Assembly: GCA_963843375.1 (NCBI GenBank)
Contig: CAWJKT010000011.1
Span: forward strand, 224,001-288,000
DNA: 64,000 nt
Direction of reading: 5' to 3'
Origin: an uncultured Pseudomonadota bacterium
GTDB taxonomy: Bacteria; Oederibacteriota; Muellerivitia; Muellerivitales; Muellerivitaceae
How positions within the stretch are numbered: position 1 is the first letter of the stretch; the number at the start of each line of letters is the position of its first letter. Made by a program: the position numbers and the translations under genes. This document shows positions 57,701 through 64,000 of the stretch, one piece after another. Below the pieces are notes generated by a model. The model had not been told where the DNA came from. It did no database searches and worked only from the letters and a program-made list of their open reading frames with translations.

Positions 57701-58035
57701 CAATGATGGTGGACGGCCTCATCGGGATCGCCCAACTCTTAAAGGAAGAGGGAGATGAACGGCAGGCGATCAGCTTTCTGCTTGTATCATTGAACCATCC
57801 GACCTGTCGGCAAGAAACCAAAGATAGGATCGTGGCCTTCTCGATGGAGCTTCAATCGCATTTTTCCGCGGAGGAAGTGGAGGGAGCCGTTCAATGGGCG
57901 AAGGCCTCAAGCATCCAGGACGTGGTGGCGGCTTGGTTATCTTCCCATAAAACTTCCCGACCCCTTCGAAGGAAAGTTTCCCGAAAGCGGAAGGCCGTGA
58001 AGAAATCCAGGACACAAAAACTAAAAAGAAAATAG
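54769..58035 (+). CDS. STAND (NB-ARC-like) ATPase with degenerate N-terminal class III cyclase-like domain and C-terminal TPRs
   Basis: VFLFTEID, LRVSLHVGE, GSQILL and LKDLSEPQ cyclase-like region; Walker A GPGGFGKT; Walker B LLVMDNFEH; GMPLGLEL; about 10 TPRs. Start uncertain (54746-54769). Confidence 0.88.
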   Translation: MVFLFTEIDHESLFKERGTTEANHILACQHFLIEEILFSHSVQWMRRTSSGVLGIFEGGEPAKAAIALQKNFKSHLWDRFGKAGLRVSLHVGEAEAVGQKYVGPDFTHALKLLEAIRGSQILLTVPAVHFVPLPPGARLQDMGPHFLKDLSEPQNIYSLVHPDFNLETTDSPVSLQNYPQNFLPQGSPFFGREEEMEEIEKLLLHSPTQLITLLGPGGFGKTRLALQAAADLIEKFEDGVYVISLASLLSDQLMVGSIASAVKFLFYGAEDPKTQLLNHLKGKQMLLVMDNFEHVIQGSEWVEQMLKVAPRLKILLTSRESLGIDGEKVLEVKGLRYPVDGQIEGLEACSAVQLFLKSAHRVQPNFSLKPEDREQLLQICRLLEGMPLGLELSATWVPTLSLPQIAEKIESNRDFLATSMPHLPPRHRSLRAVFEYSWILLSEPQKKVLRGISVFKGSFMEQAARKVAGASENLLLFLTKKSLLRIRSNGRFEIHELLKYYAKEKLFDDHAEREKILNAHCFYFAQLMEKREGNLYGSSQKKVVEDLTEEIGNIREGWKRALTQLKEPEINSYLGALFFLFETKGWFREAQENFKTAAEGLSRKYADVSSMPKSAKALLARLKAYWGFFENLLGQPKIAQKLLEESLRLYQLAQTLKKAGFTYSALGIVNETQGHYEKAKTCYTKGYQAYHRVGDHYGIVWSLNNLGHIENRMGRHSRATDLVQKSLAYSLADKDLRSQAYSHNLLGDILHDVGHFKEARVHYQKGLSAYVEIGDRKGIAWSFHCLGHEAVIFGDYAGAREMFQEGMVISRDLGDSRAIAWSKGLLGQVCWATGDYPEALQLYSEALAEYRNLGDIRGEALIMDLTGNVRLAQKNDLEAERSYQLAYNLWSQEGANVLGRAWHLHHMGTVYVFRQNWKKAKAQFLESLRCFDLSREHLGQTVSLIRLGEVAFRQKAYGEARRRYQKAMRLALHSQLFPMMVDGLIGIAQLLKEEGDERQAISFLLVSLNHPTCRQETKDRIVAFSMELQSHFSAEEVEGAVQWAKASSIQDVVAAWLSSHKTSRPLRRKVSRKRKAVKKSRTQKLKRK

Positions 58036-58061
58036 GTTTTTATTGAGATTGAAAAGGGCAT

Positions 58062-58093
58062 AAAAAAAGCCACCGGAATTTCCGGTGGCTTTT
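58062..58093. terminator. Bidirectional intrinsic terminator
   Basis: AAAAAAAGCCACCGGA-ATT-TCCGGTGGCTTTT between convergent genes. Confidence 0.85.
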
Positions 58094-58108
58094 AAAAATC
58101 TTACAAAC

Positions 58109-58417
58109 TTAATGCTGTTCGCAAATCCGAAGCTGATCCAACGCAGCATTGATGGCTCCGATTGCGTCTGCTTTATGCCCATGGAAGTCATTACGGGCCT
58201 GCCAAAGGGTATGCTTGGCATTCTGCAACTGTTGAGCGGCTCTCCAAATCTTTGGATCGTGATGCCCCATTCCGCCGTTGAAGTCAAAATGGGCCTGATC
58301 GTCGGCACCGATATTAACGGTCAAGTCGATACCGGCCTTTACTACCATCGGCATCGCCATCAAGCCGAGCATTCCCGCTCCCAAAGCCACTTTGCGCAAA
58401 TAACCTTTCATCTCCAT
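58109..58417 (-). CDS. Small secreted helical protein
   Basis: GAGGAGG RBS; signal peptide; HHDPKIWRA...DFHGHKADAI. Confidence 0.75.
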   Translation of the reverse strand: MEMKGYLRKVALGAGMLGLMAMPMVVKAGIDLTVNIGADDQAHFDFNGGMGHHDPKIWRAAQQLQNAKHTLWQARNDFHGHKADAIGAINAALDQLRICEQH

Positions 58418-58542
58418 GAAAATCCTCCTCGAGTTTTATTACTATCAGCACCCGTTTACATTAAACCGGCTGCCTATTATAGACGTATTCTAACCGTGAA
58501 TTGTTCCGGCAAAATTTTACGCTACTTAAAGGTTTTTAAGGC

Positions 58543-59250
58543 CTACCACTTCAATTCCTGGCCGTTATTGTAAATAAAAAGAGAAGTCTGCTTCATCGTG
58601 AGGTCTTTCAGGGTCTTGGCAATAGCCGCAGCGGATTCTTCGGGCTTCAAGGGGGCGCTGGGACCGCCCATGTCGGTTTGGACCCAGCCTGGATCTAGAC
58701 AAACGCAAACCACATTATCTTTTTGAAGATCGAAAGCCATGGTGCGGGTGAGCATATTCAACCCGGCTTTAGAAACCCCATAGGCGTAAAAGCCACCCTC
58801 GGCTTTTCCCGAAAGAGAACCCAGGCCGGAGGTCATGTTAACCAAACGTGGATTTTTCGCTTTCTTTAATAAAGGGAAAAAAGCTTGTGCAACCCGCAGG
58901 GGACCTAGAGTATTGACCTCGAAAGATTCCCTCATTTTTGTGATTTCCACCTGTTGGAGAGTTGCGTTGTAGGGTTGCAGCGAGATGCCGGCGTTGTTAA
59001 AGAGTACATCCAAATGATCTGTTTTCTTCGCCACTTCCCTTGCGGCGTTATCCACGGAAATATCCGAATCCGCCTCCAGCGTGACCAGTTCCAAGGAATC
59101 TTTATGTTTTTTTTGAAGGGTTTTTAGTTCCTCTGCCTTTTGGGGCTGGCGACAGGCGGCGAAAACTTTTTCTCCTTGGCCTAGCAGGACCCGGGTGACT
59201 GCCAAGCCGATTCCACGGTTAGCACCGGTAATAAGGAACGTTTCAGACAT
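58543..59250 (-). CDS. Short-chain dehydrogenase/reductase (CsgA/C-factor-like)
   Basis: TGANRGIG, NNAG, YGVSK and PGWVQTDMGG. Confidence 0.93.
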   Translation of the reverse strand: MSETFLITGANRGIGLAVTRVLLGQGEKVFAACRQPQKAEELKTLQKKHKDSLELVTLEADSDISVDNAAREVAKKTDHLDVLFNNAGISLQPYNATLQQVEITKMRESFEVNTLGPLRVAQAFFPLLKKAKNPRLVNMTSGLGSLSGKAEGGFYAYGVSKAGLNMLTRTMAFDLQKDNVVCVCLDPGWVQTDMGGPSAPLKPEESAAAIAKTLKDLTMKQTSLFIYNNGQELKW

Positions 59251-59549
59251 TATTTTACCTCGCGGATTTGTTTTAGCGGGCGAAGTCTATGCTTTTTCTT
59301 TATAAAATTCCAGGGAAGATAAATCGAAGCGTTGTTGATGAGGAAGATTTAACGAAAATCTCTATAGATGGGAGCGCTTTTTTAGAAAAAAGTAATCTGA
59401 AAATTTTTTTCACAAAGTTAGAGTTTCGTTTAAGGCTCAACTTAAGTTTGGCGATATTTGTCTTGCCCCAACAATTAGTTTTTGACTTCCTGAAATAACA
59501 GCGATTTAATTAAATGTTGATCCGTTTAAAATATTAGTAACGAGGCAGT

Positions 59550-62429
59550 TTGTTGCGCCATATTCTAAAAACGATTTCCATCATTATTTATAATTCAACA
59601 TTGTTGAACCGGGTTGTGCCTATTTTTCTTTTTGCTTTTTGTCTACGCATTCCAGCTAACGCGGCATCTCCGGGGCTAATTGTTTCTGAAAATAAAGTTA
59701 CAACCACGGGTGGATGTTCCGTGACCTTAAGAGGGGTCGATGTGGACGGGTTGGAATTTTCACCGACCGGGTACGGTCCCCCCAGCGGAACTGGTGGGAG
59801 CTCGTTAGAAGTTGCGCAGGAAGCAATCACGGTGTGGCATGCCAGCATTATCCGTCTTCCCTTGAATCAAGATTTTTGGTTCGGATGTGGAAATTCGAAA
59901 GACACAACTCCCCCCAGTGCGGCCACCTATCAAAGTACCGTAAATAGTATCGTGAGTTATTGCTCTTCCGAAAACGCTTATGTCATCTTGGACCTTCACT
60001 GGTCGGGAACTTCCTCTACCGCTTCCGCTCCCTGCGGAACCGGATGGGGAGCGGCAACTGCTCAGCAGTACATGGCCGACGAAAACGCGGTGACCTTCTG
60101 GAGTTCAGTGGCGGCGGCCTATGCCAACAATCCAGCGGTAATATTTGACCTTTATAACGAACCCTATAGCAGCGGCGGAGGGGATACAGCGGCCGCATGG
60201 AGCGTCTGGCAACAGGGAGGAACGGGATCGGGAGCTTCTTTTTCCACACCCGGCATGCAGGGACTTTTAAACGCCGTCCGCGCGACGGGGGCCAACAACA
60301 TTTGCCTATCGGGTGGTCTTTCCTGGTGTTCTGATTTGACAGAAGTTGATAGCTATCCCCTTACCAACGTAGGGAACGGAATTGTTTATTCCGCCCATCT
60401 CTATGGAAGTAATGATGGAGATTCGGCCGCCAGTTGGAACGCGGAGGTTCCAAGTTCGGTTTTATCCGCCAACCCCGTATTCGTGGGGGAAATGGGGCCG
60501 TACACCAGTTGCAACGAAGATAACAGCACTTACGACTCCAACATTTTTTCTTGGATAATGGGAACTTCAGGCGTTATGGGGGGCACTGCCTGGTCCATGA
60601 CCACCAATTCCTGTCCGAACCTTCTTTCCGACTGGACTTGGGGTACGGAGGCTTGGGGTGCCGCTGTTTCAACATGGTTGGCAACGCCCGTACCCACCTG
60701 TCCCGCCCCTGGATCGCCTGTCCCAACTAACACGCCCACTTCTACTTTCACCGGTACTCCTACTCATACGTTGACTCCAACAGATACTAGAACGCCATCG
60801 AATACCCCAACCAATAGCTCCACGGAAACTTTAACCAATACTCCCACTAGAACGGTAACTCAGACCCCGACCAATACTCCAACTGGTACGGCGACCATTA
60901 CGACAACTTACACCGCTACCGGGAGTTCGACTTCCACGGCAACGAGAACCCCGACGCCGACGCCGACCAATACCCCGGCCAATACCGTGACCAATACTCC
61001 ATCTTCAACCTCCACTTTTACATTCACTGGCACGGCAACCAACACTGGAACGTCCACAGCCACCAACTCACCGACCAATACCTTCACCCGGACGGCCACC
61101 AATACCGCTACGACTACCGCCACATTCTCCGCCACGAACACTACCACGAATTCGCCAACTAATACGACTACATCCACTGTCACCAACACAGCTTCTCCCA
61201 CTATCACCAATACACCGACCTTGAGTCCGACTGGAACCTTGAGCCCGTCACTGACACCAACGCCGTCTTCCACCGCGACCAAAACCGAAACAAATACAGC
61301 CACCTCAACAGGTACAAATACCGGAACCAACACTGTTACGGCTACGCCGACATCCTCCACCACTAATACTCCGACTCAGACGGTTACATTAAGCCCCACC
61401 TTCACCGCCACCGCGACCACCTCTGCGACTTCAACTTGGACGGCAACCGAAACTCCTACCAATAGCTTGACCAAAACGACCACTAATACGCCGACCATGA
61501 CAGCTACCAACACCTTAACGAATACGGCAACCAAGACCGCTACCTTAACCGCAACGGCAAGCCCGACTTTCACGGCGACGGAAACACCCACGAACACTCT
61601 GGTGAATACGGGAACCCCTACGCTGACCTCCTCGCCAACGCCGGTGACGGTGGAAAATTCACAGGGAACGAGCCCCCCGGGCAACTCTGTGCAAGTGCCT
61701 GGAGCTTCAGGAGTGACGGTAGAACAAATAGTAATGATGAACCCGGGGAACAATTCGGTAAATTTGACAAGCCTGACTTTGACCGAAACGGGGGCAACGG
61801 CTTCGGGAATCACCTCAGTTACTCTTCTGAAAAACGGCGTGCCGGTGTCAACGGCCAATTTTACGGGAAACACCGCCGTTTTTAACTTTAGTGATACGAT
61901 TCCTGCCAGTAATGGGGCAGTGACCTACCTAGTGGAAGCGAGTTTCTCGAATACGGCGTTGGGAAGCTACCAATTTAGCATCACCAATGAAGTGGGAAAC
62001 AATGGGCAGCCAGTTCTTTTCAACCCAACGACAGTCAACGGAGCAATGATCATGGTGGGGCTGGTTACAGCGACACCCTCCTTCACACCGAGTTCGACTG
62101 CGACCTTTGCACCAACATTAACCTATTCGCCAACCGCGATCTTAACCCCTCTCCCAGGCTCTACTCCCGTCTTATATCCCAACCCTTCCTCTGGTGGGCC
62201 TGTTAATATTTCCGTTCCTCAAACCCAACCCTCGGATGTTCGGGTAGAGGTCTTTACCATCGCCTTTCGTAAGGTGCAGGATCAGTCTTTCCAACCGTTA
62301 CCCGTGGGAGAGATCATCACGCTGGATTTAAAAGATAAGTGGGGAACGCCATTGGCCAGCGGACTTTACTATGTGGTGATTACGGTCCATGGGGAAAGAT
62401 CGGTCAGTAAATTATTGATCTTGAGATGA
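59550..62429 (+). CDS. Secreted GH5 glycanase with ~310-aa Thr-rich linker, Ig-like domain and T9SS-CTD-like C-terminus
   Basis: LRGV, IRLPLN, VILDLHW, FDLYNEP (acid/base), YSAHLY and VFVGEMG (nucleophile); C-terminal LYPNP...LASGLYYVVI...SKLLILR. Confidence 0.9.
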   Translation: MLRHILKTISIIIYNSTLLNRVVPIFLFAFCLRIPANAASPGLIVSENKVTTTGGCSVTLRGVDVDGLEFSPTGYGPPSGTGGSSLEVAQEAITVWHASIIRLPLNQDFWFGCGNSKDTTPPSAATYQSTVNSIVSYCSSENAYVILDLHWSGTSSTASAPCGTGWGAATAQQYMADENAVTFWSSVAAAYANNPAVIFDLYNEPYSSGGGDTAAAWSVWQQGGTGSGASFSTPGMQGLLNAVRATGANNICLSGGLSWCSDLTEVDSYPLTNVGNGIVYSAHLYGSNDGDSAASWNAEVPSSVLSANPVFVGEMGPYTSCNEDNSTYDSNIFSWIMGTSGVMGGTAWSMTTNSCPNLLSDWTWGTEAWGAAVSTWLATPVPTCPAPGSPVPTNTPTSTFTGTPTHTLTPTDTRTPSNTPTNSSTETLTNTPTRTVTQTPTNTPTGTATITTTYTATGSSTSTATRTPTPTPTNTPANTVTNTPSSTSTFTFTGTATNTGTSTATNSPTNTFTRTATNTATTTATFSATNTTTNSPTNTTTSTVTNTASPTITNTPTLSPTGTLSPSLTPTPSSTATKTETNTATSTGTNTGTNTVTATPTSSTTNTPTQTVTLSPTFTATATTSATSTWTATETPTNSLTKTTTNTPTMTATNTLTNTATKTATLTATASPTFTATETPTNTLVNTGTPTLTSSPTPVTVENSQGTSPPGNSVQVPGASGVTVEQIVMMNPGNNSVNLTSLTLTETGATASGITSVTLLKNGVPVSTANFTGNTAVFNFSDTIPASNGAVTYLVEASFSNTALGSYQFSITNEVGNNGQPVLFNPTTVNGAMIMVGLVTATPSFTPSSTATFAPTLTYSPTAILTPLPGSTPVLYPNPSSGGPVNISVPQTQPSDVRVEVFTIAFRKVQDQSFQPLPVGEIITLDLKDKWGTPLASGLYYVVITVHGERSVSKLLILR

Positions 62430-62646
62430 CTCTAAGTTTTTAAAACGGTGAAGAGTCTTTTCTTGAATAATCAATCTAATAATTCGGGATTTTATCCACA
62501 TAATTTATTGAGTTGGTTTTTATGACAGACGAGATTTACCGGTAAACTAAAAAAGATCAAGTTATAAGGCTTACCGAATGTACAAGAAGCCAATATTGAG
62601 GTAGTCTTACTATTCGACTCCTAGTTGTGCCCGGCTAAGGGGAAAA

Positions 62647-64000
62647 GTGAAAACGTTTTTAAATAAAACAAAAAACCTAATTGTCCTGACATTGGCCTTT
62701 TTACCTATGTCGATTTCTCTTTCCTTTGGACAAAACGTCAATTCCGGTTCCCCCAAATACCCTTTTCCTCATGATGGCCAAATTCCTTACACCGTTACGG
62801 CAGGCATGCCCAACATCGACTCTCAAGCGGCCATGGATTCTTCCGTTTCGAATATGTACGTTTCCTGGTATGCCAATGCGGTTACGGCCGCCAGTTCCGT
62901 CTGTTCCGGGTGTCTTCGTGTTTACCGGAATACCAACAACGATGACACCGTGTCTGAAGGCATCGGCTACGGACTGTTGTTTGCCGTGGAAATGGCGGAC
63001 CAAACCCTCTTCAACGGGTTATTCAATTACGAACAGAGCTTTCTTGATGGCAATCATTTAATGAATTGGCAAATCACTTCGGGCGGTTCCGTGGAAAGTT
63101 CGGGCGCTGCTACCGATGCGGATGAAGATATTGCCATGGCCCTTCTGATGGCCAATACCCAATGGGGTTCGGCAGGCGCGATTAATTATTTGACTAAGTT
63201 CCAAGATCAGGTTGCTTATATTTATAACACTGAAATCGACAATGGTTCTAATTACGCGGTCTGGCCTGGAGACCAATATCAGTCTCCCTATTATTCCAGT
63301 TATATGGAACCCGCTTGGTACCGTTGCTGGGAAAGTCACGATACCTCTCATAATTGGAGCCAAGTCATCAACTGGGTTTACGGTACTTATTTCGACCAGA
63401 TCTATTCAAGTTATGCCACAGGGTTTATGCCCGAAACCGCGTCCGGGAGCCCCGTAACTCCGGATACCATGACTATGGGTTACGACGCTTCTCGTTACCC
63501 CATTCGTACTGGAATTGACTACCTCTGGAACGGAACTGCCGCCGATGGGGCATTAACTTATGTAGGGGCCATGGCAAAAAGCGTCACACAAGGGGAAGCC
63601 ACTGTCGGAAGCTGGCAGAACGAAATCGAATCTTATTGGAACATTTCTACCGGTGCGGCCACCGGCTCCAATACGGATGGGGTCCAGGTGGGTGGCGCGT
63701 TAGTGGCTATGATGGTGGCGGGAAACCAATCAGCCGCGAACACAGTTTGGCCCATGATCCTGCCGGGTTCGGGCCATGGTTTTATGGATAATGGTTTCCA
63801 ATATTTCCAGGACAGCCTTTGCCTTTGGGGGGCAATGGTGGGTTCGGGTAATTTCATCAACATGCCTTGTGGAGTTAATCCTTGCGGGTCGGTCGCTTGT
63901 ACACCGACTCCGACTCCCGTTCCTCTGAGTTGTTTCATGTTGTCTTCGCCTATGGAAACCGGCCAAAATTACAATGCTACTGACGGTTATTGGTTTACTT
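62647..64000 (+). CDS. Secreted glycoside hydrolase family 8 enzyme; runs off the window end (absent from the ORF track)
   Basis: GTG start after AAGGGG; frame appears open to the end. TVSEGIGYGLL, LMNWQI, AATDADEDIAMALLMA..QWG, PSY and YDASR are GH8 motifs, followed by a TPTPTP linker. Confidence 0.92.
   Translation, partial: MKTFLNKTKNLIVLTLAFLPMSISLSFGQNVNSGSPKYPFPHDGQIPYTVTAGMPNIDSQAAMDSSVSNMYVSWYANAVTAASSVCSGCLRVYRNTNNDDTVSEGIGYGLLFAVEMADQTLFNGLFNYEQSFLDGNHLMNWQITSGGSVESSGAATDADEDIAMALLMANTQWGSAGAINYLTKFQDQVAYIYNTEIDNGSNYAVWPGDQYQSPYYSSYMEPAWYRCWESHDTSHNWSQVINWVYGTYFDQIYSSYATGFMPETASGSPVTPDTMTMGYDASRYPIRTGIDYLWNGTAADGALTYVGAMAKSVTQGEATVGSWQNEIESYWNISTGAATGSNTDGVQVGGALVAMMVAGNQSAANTVWPMILPGSGHGFMDNGFQYFQDSLCLWGAMVGSGNFINMPCGVNPCGSVACTPTPTPVPLSCFMLSSPMETGQNYNATDGYWFT

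Noticed and set aside
58085..58573. 162-aa + strand ORF
   Set aside because: It is antisense to 58109-58417, which has a strong RBS and signal peptide, and it starts inside a terminator.

Overview
Bacterial (diderm) chromosomal window with about 55 protein-coding genes and no rRNA, intact tRNA or CRISPR array. The left ~1.5 kb looks like the end of an integrated element. It carries an AbiEi/AbiEii type IV toxin-antitoxin pair and several recombinase-type repeats. It ends at a hybrid tRNA junction, where the 5' half of a promoter-driven tRNA-Ser(TGA) is cut at the anticodon loop and joined to a tRNA-Pro-like 3' end. The rest mixes housekeeping genes (serS, ald, livG/livF, system II cytochrome c maturation, M32 carboxypeptidase, sua5, ppc, purE) with a rich cell-surface inventory. 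That inventory includes a repeated cassette of a small outer-membrane beta-barrel followed by NHL-propeller lipoproteins, TPR-beta-barrel fusions with duplicated promoters and 152-nt structured leaders, four GT-C-like membrane glycosyltransferases, many Thr/Pro-rich secreted proteins, and GH44, GH5 and GH8 glycanases. The GH5 ends in a T9SS-CTD-like domain. At least six single-base frameshifts, mostly in short homopolymers, suggest uncorrected assembly indels rather than true pseudogenes. All family calls come from motif recognition by eye; no searches were run.
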